From positions 1 to 64,000 of the forward strand of contig CAZNUA010000015.1 in the NCBI GenBank assembly GCA_964576115.1: a stretch of 64,000 nt of DNA. Direction: 5' to 3'. Source of the DNA: an uncultured Gemmatimonadota bacterium. GTDB taxonomy: Bacteria > Blakebacterota > Blakebacteria > Blakebacterales > Blakebacteraceae. Below, piece by piece: positions 48,329 through 58,939 of the stretch. Every line of letters begins with the position of its first letter. Positions within the stretch are counted from its first letter, which is position 1. Below the pieces are notes generated by a model. That model saw nothing but the letters and a program-made list of their open reading frames with translations, searched no databases and was not told the origin of the DNA. The position numbers and the translations under genes are program-made.

Positions 48329-49462
48329 ATGGAAATCGGCGTCCCTCGCGAGACCGATCGCCACGAGCACCGGGTCGGTCTGACTCCGCTGGCTGTATCC
48401 CGTCTGACCGAAAGAGGCTTCACCGTCTGGGTGGAGCGCAATGCGGGCCTTGAAGCCCGTTTCCAGGACGGCGATTACGAAGCGGCCGGTGCAACAATCG
48501 TCTACGACACCGAGGAGGTCTACCGCCGGGCCGACGTGGTCTGCAAGGTCAACTCGGTTCTCAAAGAAGACCTCGATCTGCTCAAGCGGGGCTCGACCAT
48601 CTGCGGTTTCCACCACCTGGCCATCTACCCCAAAGAGAAGGTGGAACGGGTGATGGAACTCGAGCTGACCCTCATCGGCTACGAGATCATCCGCGATGCC
48701 GCGGGCGAGTTCCCGGTGCTGGTCACATTCAGCGAGATGGCCGGACAGATGCAGGTGCCGATCGCCGCCAACTGCCTGCAGACCGAGGTCGGCGGGCGGG
48801 GCATCCTGATGGGCAACGTACCGGGCGTGCCGCCGCCCACGGTGCTGATCTTGGGCGCCGGCAACGTCGGCACCCTGGCAGCCCGTGACGCTCTGCTCGC
48901 CGGCGCCCACGTGGTCGTACTCGACGACGACATGGAGAATCTGCGGGCCATCAACCGGGAATTCTCCGGCCGGGTCGTCACCGCAGTCAGCGATACCGAG
49001 CGGCTCAGTCGCTACACCGCCATCGCCGATGTCGTCATCGGAGCGATCCTCAAGCCGGGAAGCCTGACGCCCAGGATCATCACCGAGGATATGGTCAGGA
49101 ACATGCGGGGGGGCAGTGTGATCATCGACGTGTCGATCGACCAGGGCGGCTGTGCCGAAACCAGCCGGCCCACCACCCTCGATCAGCCCACCTTCGTCGT
49201 CCACGATGTGGTGCACTACTGCGTCCCCAACATCACCTCGAACATCGCCCGCACCGCCTCGCGCGCCCTGGCCGATTCCTGCGTGCCCTACCTGATGCAG
49301 TTGGGTTCTAAGGGACTCGAGGCCGCCCTGGCTTCCGATGCCGGCCTCGGGGCCGGGGTCTATATCTACCAGGGCAGTTTCGTCAATGTCCGGACGGCCG
49401 AGGTCTTCGGCCTGCCGGTTTTCCCCCTGGCAAAACTCATGGAAACGGGGGACGTCTCATGA
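48329..49462 (+). CDS. ald: Alanine dehydrogenase-like protein
   Basis: IGVPRE..EHRVGLTP, GAGNVG, DVSIDQGGCAETSRPTT, HYCVPN. Confidence 0.85.
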   Translation: MEIGVPRETDRHEHRVGLTPLAVSRLTERGFTVWVERNAGLEARFQDGDYEAAGATIVYDTEEVYRRADVVCKVNSVLKEDLDLLKRGSTICGFHHLAIYPKEKVERVMELELTLIGYEIIRDAAGEFPVLVTFSEMAGQMQVPIAANCLQTEVGGRGILMGNVPGVPPPTVLILGAGNVGTLAARDALLAGAHVVVLDDDMENLRAINREFSGRVVTAVSDTERLSRYTAIADVVIGAILKPGSLTPRIITEDMVRNMRGGSVIIDVSIDQGGCAETSRPTTLDQPTFVVHDVVHYCVPNITSNIARTASRALADSCVPYLMQLGSKGLEAALASDAGLGAGVYIYQGSFVNVRTAEVFGLPVFPLAKLMETGDVS

Positions 49463-50766
49463 ACTGGCTCGATCACTACAAAGCGAAGCTGACCAGCGCC
49501 GAAGAGGCGGTCAAACTGGTCACGAGCGGCGACCGGGTATACTACGGCGGCAACGCCGCCATCCCGCAGGCCCTGGTCAACGCCCTGGCCGCGCGACGGG
49601 ATGAGCTCGAGAACGTGCAGCTCAACCACGTTTTGCTGCTGGGGGACGATCCGCTATCGGCGCCCGAGATGGAGGGTCACTTCAGGCACAATTCCCTCTT
49701 CGTGGGACCGGCCGACCGGGCTGCGGTCAACGAGGGGCGGGCCGACTACGTGCCGATCTTCCTGCACAAGATCCCCCAGCTCTTCACCGAGGGGATCATC
49801 CCGCTCGATGTCTGCATGATCATGACCTCTCCTCCCGATGAGCACGGTTTCATGAGTTACGGGGTCGAGACCCTGGCCTCGAAAGCGGCCAGCCTGAACG
49901 CCAGGACCATCATCATCCAGGTCAACGAGAAGATGCCGCGGGTGCTGGGCGATTCTTTCATCCACGTCAACCGCGCCCATGCCATCGTCGAGCACACCGA
50001 ACCGCTCCCCACTCTGGAAACCCGCCCGGCAACCGATGTGGAATCCGCCATCGGAGACAACATCCTGCAGCTCATCGAACCGGGTCAGACGATCCAGATG
50101 GGTATCGGCGGGATCCCCGACGCCGTCTACGCCGCCATGGACGGATCGCTCGACCTCGGCATCCACACCGAGATGATCTCCGATGGAGCCATGAAGGCGA
50201 TCGAGCGGGGTGTGGTGACGGGGATGAAGAAGACGCTGCACACCGGCAAGGTCATCATCACCTTTGCCCTGGGATCGGCCGATCTCTACGAGTATCTCGA
50301 CAACAATCCCCTGATCGAGGCGCACCCGGTCGAGTACGTCAACGATCCCTTCGTCGTCAGCCAGAACGAGAACATGGTGGCCATCAACTCGGCCATCGAG
50401 GTCGATCTGACGGGGCAGATCTGTTCTGATTCGATCGGCCCCCGCATCTATTCGGGTTTCGGCGGTCAGGTGGACTTCATCCGCGGCGCCTCGCGCTCGA
50501 AGGGGGGTAAGCCGATCATCGCCCTGCCCGCCACCGCCAGGGGCGGCGAGTTCAGCCGTATTGTGCCCTTCCTCAAGCAGGGGGCCGGGGTGGTCACAAG
50601 CCGGGCCGACGTGCACTACATCGTGACCGAGTACGGGATCGCCAACCTCTTCGGCAAGAATCTGCAGGAGAGGACCGAAGCCCTGATCGGCATCGCGGCG
50701 CCGCAGTTCAGGGACGAACTCACGACCGCGGCTCAGGATCGCATGCTCCTGCCGCGCGAGGTTTAG
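49459..50766 (+). CDS. Acetyl-CoA hydrolase/transferase (4-hydroxybutyrate CoA-transferase-like)
   Basis: QMGIGGIP, GIHTEM, SGFGGQVDFIRGA, VTEYG. Confidence 0.93.
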   Translation: MNWLDHYKAKLTSAEEAVKLVTSGDRVYYGGNAAIPQALVNALAARRDELENVQLNHVLLLGDDPLSAPEMEGHFRHNSLFVGPADRAAVNEGRADYVPIFLHKIPQLFTEGIIPLDVCMIMTSPPDEHGFMSYGVETLASKAASLNARTIIIQVNEKMPRVLGDSFIHVNRAHAIVEHTEPLPTLETRPATDVESAIGDNILQLIEPGQTIQMGIGGIPDAVYAAMDGSLDLGIHTEMISDGAMKAIERGVVTGMKKTLHTGKVIITFALGSADLYEYLDNNPLIEAHPVEYVNDPFVVSQNENMVAINSAIEVDLTGQICSDSIGPRIYSGFGGQVDFIRGASRSKGGKPIIALPATARGGEFSRIVPFLKQGAGVVTSRADVHYIVTEYGIANLFGKNLQERTEALIGIAAPQFRDELTTAAQDRMLLPREV

Positions 50767-50799
50767 TGTCCTGAGTCGAAGTAACCGGAAGCAGAGGTG

Positions 50800-51654
50800 T
50801 CAACCGCGCCGGCTCTGCAGCCTCCGGTGCAGGGCGACCGAGAGCAGGTAAAGGGCACCGGCCGACAGGACGATGGCCGATTCGGGTGAGACGCCCGAGC
50901 CGTACACCGCGATCCGCGGCACGGTTGTGAGAACGAGGCTCAGGACGATCGCGGCGGCCATCATGCCTGTCAGGCGCCGCATATAATGACCCGCGGTGGC
51001 CGCCGGCAGAGTCAGCAGGGCGATGACCAGGATCAGACCCACGATCTGCATCAGGCTCACCACGGTCAGCGCCACCAGCGTGAGCAGCACCAGATGGGTG
51101 CGCAGCGTGTTCACCCCCTGCAGGGCCGCGTACTCTTCATCGAGCGTGATCGCCAGCAGCCGTTTGTAGTACCCGGTCACCGCTGCCGCGATCACCAGAT
51201 CGATGACGGCCAGGCGCCACACGTCGCTCCACTCCACCACCGCGATATTCCCGAAGAGATAACTCATCAGTTCGGTCTGGTACCCGGGGGTGAACTTGAC
51301 CAGCAGGATCCCGGTGGCCATACCGATCGCCCACATGGCTCCGATCAGGGTATCGATCCGCTCCCGGCTGCGCTCGTGCACCACCCCGATGACGACCGCC
51401 CCCCCCACTGCCGCGACCGCCGCCCCGACGAAGGGATCGAGACCGGCGAAGGTGCCCGGGAGGTGGTGACGGAGCCAGATTGCAGCTCCGATCCCCCCGA
51501 CCGCCATATGGGCGATGGCACCGACCAGGAAGACGATCCGCCGGGTCACGACCCAGGGACCGATGAGACCGCAGGCCACCGCCGCCAGGATGCCCGCTAC
51601 GAGCCCGGTCAGAAGCAGGGGATTGGAACCCAGGTCGGCGAAGAATCCGCTCAC
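50800..51654 (-). CDS. znuB: Zn/Mn ABC transporter permease
   Basis: IAHMAVGG, MSYLFGNI, VGLILVIALLTLPA. Confidence 0.88.
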   Translation of the reverse strand: MSGFFADLGSNPLLLTGLVAGILAAVACGLIGPWVVTRRIVFLVGAIAHMAVGGIGAAIWLRHHLPGTFAGLDPFVGAAVAAVGGAVVIGVVHERSRERIDTLIGAMWAIGMATGILLVKFTPGYQTELMSYLFGNIAVVEWSDVWRLAVIDLVIAAAVTGYYKRLLAITLDEEYAALQGVNTLRTHLVLLTLVALTVVSLMQIVGLILVIALLTLPAATAGHYMRRLTGMMAAAIVLSLVLTTVPRIAVYGSGVSPESAIVLSAGALYLLSVALHRRLQSRRG

Positions 51655-52526
51655 GGCTCGGGCCCCTTTCGCGCCCCGCTTTCATCCGGCCCACGGGAAC
51701 CGCCGCCGGATGAGTGGCCGGGGTGAGAATCGAGGTCCTCGCAGGTTCCATCCTTGATATGGCTGGCCGGACAATCTCCGCCGTGCTGCAGCTGGACCAC
51801 GGTGTCGGGATCGGCATACGCCTGGGGGATGAGAGGCACCGCCATCTCGGGAATCCCGTTGCAGACCAGGCGGCGGTTCAGACAGGCGATTGTCTTCAGG
51901 TGGGAGGAGACAAAGGCGATGTCGTGGCTCACGACCACGATCGGCAGCTGCTCGCTGAGGCGCTGCAACAGCTCATGGAAGGATCGTTCGGCGGGAGCGT
52001 CCACTCCTACGGTCGGTTCGTCGAGCAGCAGAATCTCGGCTTCCGAGGCCAACGCCCGGGCAATCAGGATCCGCTGCCGCTGTCCGCCCGAAAGCTCGTC
52101 GAGAGAACGCCGGGCCAGGTTCTGCACCCCGGTCTGGGCCAGCGCCCTGAAACCGATCTCGAGATGCTCGCGCCCGAACCGCACGCCCCAGCCGGCCCGC
52201 CCCAGGCGTCCCATCAGAACGATATCGAGCGCCGAGGCGGGAATCGAGGTATCGATGGCGGCGTGCTGGGGTACATACCCGATCCGGTGCCGCACCTCGG
52301 CCGGAGGGCGGCTGAAGACCCTGACCGTTCCGCGATCGGGTTTGAGTAGCCCGAGCATGATCCTGAGCAGGGTGGTTTTCCCTCCGCCGTTCGGCCCGAC
52401 CAGACCCAGGTAATCGTCGGCTTCGACGTCAAGGGTGACATCTTCGAGGACGGGCGGGGCCGACTCCGATCCCGGGTACCGAAAAGTCACACCGCTGAGT
52501 TCAACGACCGGCGGAACGGAAGTCAT
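51651..52526 (-). CDS. znuC: Zn/Mn ABC transporter ATPase
   Basis: GPNGGGKTT, LSGGQRQR, LLLDEPT, VSHD. Confidence 0.9.
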   Translation of the reverse strand: MTSVPPVVELSGVTFRYPGSESAPPVLEDVTLDVEADDYLGLVGPNGGGKTTLLRIMLGLLKPDRGTVRVFSRPPAEVRHRIGYVPQHAAIDTSIPASALDIVLMGRLGRAGWGVRFGREHLEIGFRALAQTGVQNLARRSLDELSGGQRQRILIARALASEAEILLLDEPTVGVDAPAERSFHELLQRLSEQLPIVVVSHDIAFVSSHLKTIACLNRRLVCNGIPEMAVPLIPQAYADPDTVVQLQHGGDCPASHIKDGTCEDLDSHPGHSSGGGSRGPDESGARKGPEP

Positions 52527-53455
52527 CGCAGAGTTTCGGCCAGCATCGCCGCCACCGCCCCCAGGTTATCGATGACATTCCGGGCCAGCGGATCGAGAAC
52601 CCGCAGTTCGGCACCGAGAGCGTCGGCCACGATTTCCGCTGTCCGGCTGGAGATCTGAGGCTGCACGAAGATCACGCGTGCTCTTTCCCGACGGGCCAGC
52701 TGTTGAAAGGCGGTCAGTTCGGCTTCGCTCGGTTCCTTGCCTTCGATCTCGATCGGAACCTGCCGCAGACCGAACTCGTCGGCAAAGTACCCCCAGGAGG
52801 GATGAAAAAGGAACAGGGCGCATCCCCGGACCGGAGCCAGACGGTCGGCGATCGCAACCGCGAGCGAGTCGAGTTCGGCTGCCAGCACCTCTCGATTGGC
52901 TCTGAAGATCCCGGCCTGTTCGGGGTACAGCCCGGCCAGCACCCTCTCGACGGTGGCGGCCTGTCTTTTCAGCAATCGGGGAGAAAGCCAGATGTGGGGA
53001 TCGTGCCCGTCGGCATCGGGGCCGTGCTCGTGGGCCTGACCGGTCCGGGTCGCATGCGCCGGTTCGAGGCCGGTCTCCATCGATCTCATTTCGATGCCTT
53101 CGCGCAGATCGGCGATCTGGATCCGGCCGCTGGACTCGATCGCCCGGAACCACTCGCCGGTCTCGAAGGGTACCCCGATTCGGAAATAGACAGCGGCCCG
53201 CATGACGCTGGTGATCTGGGCGTCGGTCGGATGATAGGTGGCCGGACTGTCGCCGGGGCTGAGCAGCGGCACGACCTCGACCCGGTCGCCGGCAATCCGC
53301 TCCACCAGCCAGACCTGGGGCTGGATACTGACTGCGACCAGATTGCGATCCGGTTCGCGGCCCGATCCGGAGCACGCCGCCGCCAGCCCCAGTCCAGCCA
53401 GCGCCACGGTCCGAGCCGTCCGACCGATCACACCTCTGTGCCTGCACCGCCCCAT
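52523..53455 (-). CDS. znuA: Zn/Mn ABC substrate-binding lipoprotein
   Basis: LAAAC lipobox; DPHIWLSP, FHPSWGYF, EGKEP. Confidence 0.88.
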   Translation of the reverse strand: MGRCRHRGVIGRTARTVALAGLGLAAACSGSGREPDRNLVAVSIQPQVWLVERIAGDRVEVVPLLSPGDSPATYHPTDAQITSVMRAAVYFRIGVPFETGEWFRAIESSGRIQIADLREGIEMRSMETGLEPAHATRTGQAHEHGPDADGHDPHIWLSPRLLKRQAATVERVLAGLYPEQAGIFRANREVLAAELDSLAVAIADRLAPVRGCALFLFHPSWGYFADEFGLRQVPIEIEGKEPSEAELTAFQQLARRERARVIFVQPQISSRTAEIVADALGAELRVLDPLARNVIDNLGAVAAMLAETLR

Positions 53456-53710
53456 CCGGTTCTCCCGATCCCGAAAAAGACCTCTATTGCCTTATCGCCG
53501 TCACCACCGTCCGGGCTCTGTCTGTGCGCCCGGCCGGCCGGGTGCAGCGTCACTGACCGGTAACGATATCTATCACGCTAGTCACTTGCCTCACCGGACG
53601 CAACAGAGGAGGCTTGGGGCGCAGCGGCCCGAAAGCGTACACTGTGAATGAGAGCGCCGACCGAGCGCGGCGGTCCGGTCTGTTCATATGCTGCAGGAGG
53701 ATAACATCCC

Positions 53711-54775
53711 ATGCTGACCCCGGCAGAACTCGCCGACCGGCTCGACACTTTTCCCCACCTCGCCCTGGCTCACCTGCCCACCCCGCTCGAACGACTCGAC
53801 GGACTCTCGGCCGCACTCGGGAACTGCGAACTCTGGGTCAAGCGGGACGACGCCACCGGACTGGCTTTCGGGGGCAACAAGACCCGCAAGCTCGATTACA
53901 TCATGGCCGATGCCCGCTCGCAGGGTGCGGACACGATCGTCACCTGGGCGGGAGTACAGTCGAACTGGTGCCGGCAGACGGCGGCGGCAGCGGCCCGGCT
54001 CGGCCTGGAGTGTTCCCTCGTTCTCATCAACCGGCCGGGTCACCACGCCGAGAACGACGGCAATCTGCTTCTGGACCGGATTTTCGGTGCCCGGCTGACC
54101 ATCGTCGAGGCCGGCAGTGACGTGAAGATGCTCGAGCTCGAAGCCGTACACGATCTGCTCGAACCGATCCTGGCCGCCGAAAAGGACGCCGGCCGACGGG
54201 TCTACCTGGCTCCGATCGGCGGCTCGCTTATCGAGGGCTCGATGCACCGGCCATGGGGGGCGATCGGATACGTACGCGCCTGTCTGGAGGTCATGCAGCA
54301 GGCCGAGGAGCGGGATCTGACATTCGACGCCGTCATCCTGGCGACCGGTTCGGGTTCTACCCAGGCTGGACTCGTCGTGGGCACGAAACTGCTCACCCCC
54401 GGCATACCGGTCATCGGCATCAGTGTCAGCGCCGGGCGTGGGGAGATGATCGACTATATTCAGCCGATCGCCGAGGCGACCTGCGAGATGCTCGAGGTCG
54501 ACGAGACGATCGAGGCGGAGGATCTCATCGTCTTCGACACTTACCTCGAAGCGGGCTACGGCCTCTACACTCCGTCCGTGGCCCGGGCAATCGCCCGGGC
54601 GGCCTCGGCCGACGGCCTGCTGCTCGATCCGGTGTACACCGGCAAGGCCATGGCCGGCCTGCTCGACCTGATCGAGACCGGTCACTTCCGCCCCGGGGCC
54701 CGGATCCTGTTCATGCACACCGGGGGCACCCCGGCTCTCTTCCCCTACCGGGGCGAGATCATGGAGCATCTCTGA
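53711..54775 (+). CDS. dcyD: D-cysteine desulfhydrase / ACC deaminase family PLP enzyme
   Basis: KRDD..GGNKTRKL, QSNW, LLDPVYTGKA, HTGG. Confidence 0.85.
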   Translation: MLTPAELADRLDTFPHLALAHLPTPLERLDGLSAALGNCELWVKRDDATGLAFGGNKTRKLDYIMADARSQGADTIVTWAGVQSNWCRQTAAAAARLGLECSLVLINRPGHHAENDGNLLLDRIFGARLTIVEAGSDVKMLELEAVHDLLEPILAAEKDAGRRVYLAPIGGSLIEGSMHRPWGAIGYVRACLEVMQQAEERDLTFDAVILATGSGSTQAGLVVGTKLLTPGIPVIGISVSAGRGEMIDYIQPIAEATCEMLEVDETIEAEDLIVFDTYLEAGYGLYTPSVARAIARAASADGLLLDPVYTGKAMAGLLDLIETGHFRPGARILFMHTGGTPALFPYRGEIMEHL

Positions 54776-54787
54776 GGGCGGACTTCG

Positions 54788-56104
54788 TCAGCGCCGATCG
54801 GCCAGGTGTTTCACTCCTTCGAGAACGGTGTCGACGTCGCTGTCGCGGTGGAAGATGTGCGTCGAGACGCGCACTCCTCGCGTGCCGGCTCGATCCGAAC
54901 CGATGGTGCGGATGATCAGGTTGTACTTCTCGTGCAGCCAGTTCACGATCCTTCCCGGCTCCACCCCCTCGACCGAGAACGCCGTCAGCCCTCCGCTCAG
55001 ATAGGGATCCATGCTAGTGTGCAGGCGCACTCCGGGGATCGAGCGCAGGCCCTCTTTCAGGCGGGTGGCCAGGGTTCGCACCCGGCGCTCGATACGGTCC
55101 TTTCCGATCCGGGTTTGGAAATCGATCGCCTCACCCAGAGCGAAGGTCAGAGGCAGGGCCCGCTGGCTCAGGGTCTCCAGCTTGGCCGCGGTCCCTTCTG
55201 CCTCCCACCCTCCCGAGGCGATGGTGGGCCAGACCCTGTCGATGACCTCGGGACTGACCCAGAGCACCCCCCGCCCGCAGGGCGCCCCCAGCCACTTGTA
55301 GGGGCTCGAGGTGAAGAAATCCACTCCGAGTTGGCGCATGTTCAGGTTGAGCATGCCGAGACCATGGGCGGAGTCGGTCAGCACCAGAATGCCCCGCTCG
55401 TGAGCCATTTCGCTCAGCTCCCTGACGGGGAAGATGAGGCCGGAGATGTAGACGGTGTGGCTGATGCTGATGACCCGGGTGCGCGACGTGATGCCTCCCT
55501 CGAAGGCGGTCATGAGCTCATCCACGCTGCCCGGCGGCAGGCCGATGGGCACATCGCGCACCTCGATACCATACCGGGCCGCCTTCAGACGCCAGCAGTG
55601 AGTACCCCCCGGATGCTCCATCGAGGAGAGCAGAACCTCATCCCCCGGCTCGAGTTCGAGCCCGTTAGCGATGAAGTTCATCCCCTCGGTGGTATTGCGG
55701 GTCAGGACGATCTCGTTCGGCTCGGCTCCGATGAACCGGGCCACCTTGCGGCGCACCTCCTCGCGCCGGGCACCGAAGGTATTGTAGACCTCGTACGGAT
55801 TCTCCACCTGCACCCGGAAAGCCCGCATGAGGGTATTGAAGACCGGTTTCGGCATCGGTCCGACGGTACCGTTGTTCATCATGACGATGTTGTCCTGCAG
55901 GTGGTAATGCCGGCGGACCGCTTCCCAGAAAACCCCGTCGGGTGAAGGATCCTGATCGTAATCGGCGAGCAGATCGTCGAGTTCGGAATAGATCGCCGCG
56001 TTCAGTTTCTCGAGCGCCACGACCGAGAGCGCCGAGCTGGCGAGTACCGTTTTCACGAAATGCCGGCGGGAACAGCCGGCCGGAGCGATATTCCAGAGAC
56101 TCAT
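54788..56104 (-). CDS. Class V aminotransferase (isopenicillin N epimerase/cysteine desulfurase-like) with Tat signal
   Basis: SRRHFV; NNGTVGP, RNTTEG, DSAH, SPYKWL. Confidence 0.88.
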   Translation of the reverse strand: MSLWNIAPAGCSRRHFVKTVLASSALSVVALEKLNAAIYSELDDLLADYDQDPSPDGVFWEAVRRHYHLQDNIVMMNNGTVGPMPKPVFNTLMRAFRVQVENPYEVYNTFGARREEVRRKVARFIGAEPNEIVLTRNTTEGMNFIANGLELEPGDEVLLSSMEHPGGTHCWRLKAARYGIEVRDVPIGLPPGSVDELMTAFEGGITSRTRVISISHTVYISGLIFPVRELSEMAHERGILVLTDSAHGLGMLNLNMRQLGVDFFTSSPYKWLGAPCGRGVLWVSPEVIDRVWPTIASGGWEAEGTAAKLETLSQRALPLTFALGEAIDFQTRIGKDRIERRVRTLATRLKEGLRSIPGVRLHTSMDPYLSGGLTAFSVEGVEPGRIVNWLHEKYNLIIRTIGSDRAGTRGVRVSTHIFHRDSDVDTVLEGVKHLADRR

Positions 56105-56237
56105 GACGGAACCTTCCCTTTTTTCTGGCTCCCCTCCCGGAGCTGCATTGATTTCACTTCTAACCTATCTGCCGCCGGGGTGTCAACGCACCCCGCCCGG
56201 CCCGATCCGTGCCGGTACGCCGCCCGAGGTGGTTCCC

Positions 56238-56696
56238 GTGACGCAGACAGATGCCACAGATGCTCCACGAATCCTTTGCGAGAGCCTGATCGGCCGGCTC
56301 GGAACCTGTCTGGAAAACGAACCGTACGTAGTGCCGATTTCCTTCGTCTGGCACGAGGGGAGCATCTATTTCCACAGCTCGGCCGACGGGCGCAAGTACC
56401 GGACTCTCGTAGAGAACCCGCGGGTCTGCCTCGAGGTCGATGAAGCCGAATTCGTACCGGATGAAGATCCCTGCCGGCTGCACTTCGACTACCGCAGCGC
56501 CATCGCCTGGGGCCGGGCCCGGGTCGTGTCTGAGGACGACGAACGCCTCAACGCCCTGCGCCGGCTCTGTGAGAAGTACGCTCCGGGCAGCGGCGAACGC
56601 CTGAGTGCCGGCAAGGTGGCTGGCTACGACAATCTGGCGGTCATCGCCATCGACGTCGACGCGTTGACGACCCGACAGAACCCGCCCGGCGAATGA
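56238..56696 (+). CDS. Pyridoxamine 5'-phosphate oxidase-like (NimA-like) flavin-binding protein
   Basis: PYVVPISF, YFHS..GRK, NPRVCLEVD, YRSAIAWG. GTG start inferred. Confidence 0.85.
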   Translation: MTQTDATDAPRILCESLIGRLGTCLENEPYVVPISFVWHEGSIYFHSSADGRKYRTLVENPRVCLEVDEAEFVPDEDPCRLHFDYRSAIAWGRARVVSEDDERLNALRRLCEKYAPGSGERLSAGKVAGYDNLAVIAIDVDALTTRQNPPGE

Positions 56697-58729
56697 AACC
56701 GCCCCCTCTCGACCGCCTGCGCAGCCTGTCGCAGAACGAGCAGACCCAGCTCATCGTTCTCTCGGTCGTCATCGGCCTGCTGACCGGCTTTGCTGCCGTT
56801 GGTTTCCGGGAACTCGTCGACCTGACCACACGCCTGTTCTGGCGCGGCACCGAGAGCCCCGCCGCCATCGTTGCCGATCTGGCCTGGTGGCGGATCCTGC
56901 TCCTGCCGGCTGGGGGGGGACTGCTGGTCGGCCTGCTGACCCGTTTTGCAGCCGGCGAAATCAAGGGGCACGGAGTACCCGAAGTCATGGAAGCGGTGGC
57001 CCTGCGCGAGGGACGCCTGCGCACCCGCCTGGCCCCGCTCAAGGCCCTGGCCTCGATGATCACGATCGGTACCGGGGGAAGCGCCGGCCGCGAGGGCCCG
57101 ATCGTGATGATCGGATCGGCCCTGGGCGCCACCATGGGATCGATCAGTCGCCTGCCCTCGCGCTACTTGAAGATCCTGGTGGCCACCGGTGCCGCCGGGG
57201 GCATCGGCGCCACCTTCAATACGCCGATCGCCGGTGCCATCTTCGCCGCCGAAGTGATCCTGGGCGATTTCGGGGTGGCCAACTTCACACCGGTCATCGT
57301 CGGCTCGGTGCTCGGCACGGTGGTCAGCCGGACTTTCTACGGCGACATGCCCATCTTCCCCATATCGCCGGGGGCCTTCGAGTTCGTCAGTCCGTGGGAA
57401 CTCATTCCCTACGCCCTGCTGGGGCTGCTGGCCGCGGTAACTGCTTTCGGCTTCATTCGAACCATGTCGAGTACGACCGAGTTCTTCGACTCCCGCCGCT
57501 CGCTTCCGGCCTGGTTCCGGCCCGCCATCGGTGGTCTGTTGCTCGGCGCCCTGGCCCTGGTAGCGCCGCAGGTACTCGGGGTCGGGTACGACAGTGTCCA
57601 GGCGATTCTCGGTGACACACACGCCTGGCCCTGGCTGATAATGTTCGGGATCCTGGCCGCCAAGATGGTGGCCACCTCGCTGACCCTCGGATCGGGCGGC
57701 TCGGGGGGGATCCTCTCACCGACCCTGCTCATGGGCGCTTTGCTGGGCGGGGGTCTGGGCAGCATCGTGCATGCCATCGCTCCGGCGTCGACGGCCGGAC
57801 CGGGTGCCTACGCCATGGTCGGTATGGGGGCTCTTCTGGCGGCCAATACCTTCGCCCCACTGAGCGCCATGCTCATGCTCTTCGAGCTGACCGCCAACTA
57901 CCGCATCATCCTGCCCCTCATGCTGGCCTGCGGTCTGGCCACCCTGATCGCCACCCGGCTTACCAAGGTATCGATTTACACCGAGAAACTCTGGCGGCGG
58001 GGAACGGTGCTGTCGCGCGGGCGCGAGATCAACGTGCTGCGCAATATCCCGGTGCACGACTGCGCTCTGCAGCCGGCCGCGACAACCCCCGAAAACACCT
58101 CCCTGCCCGAACTGATCCGGCTGATGGCTTCCTCGACCCACTCCCGGATCTTCCTGCTCGATGCCGAGGCCCGGTTGAGCGGCGCCATTGATCTGCAGGA
58201 TCTGCACCAGGTCATCCCCGAGCAGGAACACCTGCGCAACGTCCTGGTGGCCGAAGATATCGCCACCCATCCGGTTCGTACCGTCACCCCCGAGGAGAGC
58301 CTCGACCGGGTCCTGGCCGAATTCGGTCGTAGCCATGTCGACGAGCTACCGGTGGTCGAAACCGGAACAGAAGACCAGTTGCTGGGCGTGATCCGGCGCC
58401 AGGACGTCGTGGCCCGGTACAACCGCGAGATCCTGACCCGCGACATGGTCGCGGAGATCAGCCGGGGGGTTGAGGATGTCAGTACCCGCACGATGGTGCC
58501 GCTGGGCGATCAGTACCTGCTGGCGGAACTCCCCGTGCCCCGACCCCTCCGGGGTACCCTCCTGCAGGATTCACAGCTGCGCACCCGCTACCGGGTCGAA
58601 GTCGTCATGATCCGTCCCCGCGACGGGGGCGAAGCGGTCCTGGCCAGCGGCGAGCACCTGCTCACCGCCGAGGATCTTCTCCTGGTGGTGGGCGAACGGG
58701 AAGCCGTACAGCGCCTATATGAGCTCTGA
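56693..58729 (+). CDS. ClC chloride channel/antiporter with CBS pair and TrkA-C domain
   Basis: GHGVPE, GSAGREGP, FNTPIAG, GSGG; CBS and RCK-C-like tail. Confidence 0.92.
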   Translation: MKPPPLDRLRSLSQNEQTQLIVLSVVIGLLTGFAAVGFRELVDLTTRLFWRGTESPAAIVADLAWWRILLLPAGGGLLVGLLTRFAAGEIKGHGVPEVMEAVALREGRLRTRLAPLKALASMITIGTGGSAGREGPIVMIGSALGATMGSISRLPSRYLKILVATGAAGGIGATFNTPIAGAIFAAEVILGDFGVANFTPVIVGSVLGTVVSRTFYGDMPIFPISPGAFEFVSPWELIPYALLGLLAAVTAFGFIRTMSSTTEFFDSRRSLPAWFRPAIGGLLLGALALVAPQVLGVGYDSVQAILGDTHAWPWLIMFGILAAKMVATSLTLGSGGSGGILSPTLLMGALLGGGLGSIVHAIAPASTAGPGAYAMVGMGALLAANTFAPLSAMLMLFELTANYRIILPLMLACGLATLIATRLTKVSIYTEKLWRRGTVLSRGREINVLRNIPVHDCALQPAATTPENTSLPELIRLMASSTHSRIFLLDAEARLSGAIDLQDLHQVIPEQEHLRNVLVAEDIATHPVRTVTPEESLDRVLAEFGRSHVDELPVVETGTEDQLLGVIRRQDVVARYNREILTRDMVAEISRGVEDVSTRTMVPLGDQYLLAELPVPRPLRGTLLQDSQLRTRYRVEVVMIRPRDGGEAVLASGEHLLTAEDLLLVVGEREAVQRLYEL

Positions 58730-58939
58730 GAGTTCGGCGACAAGGGCGTCGATATCTTCGATCCCCTTGTTGCGGGCGAGTTCCTCGAGCGTCCCCCAAT
58801 ACGCTTCGCCGCAGATCATACAGACAACACGTTTGTGGGCCAGCGGACCGATGAGTTGGGGGTAGAACTGCACCAGATCCTCGACCAGCATGTCTTTTGT
58901 CAGGGGCGGCTTCTCCGGCCCCTCACCCGTTCGGGACAT
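58715..58939 (-). CDS. DUF1858-like small protein
   Basis: LTKDMLVEDLV..YP..CMIC..TLEELA..KG. Confidence 0.7.
   Translation of the reverse strand: MSRTGEGPEKPPLTKDMLVEDLVQFYPQLIGPLAHKRVVCMICGEAYWGTLEELARNKGIEDIDALVAELSELI

Noticed and set aside
53560-53690. Possible metal-regulator site or riboswitch between znuA and dcyD
   Set aside because: Weak symmetry and only a short stem; no recognisable aptamer consensus.
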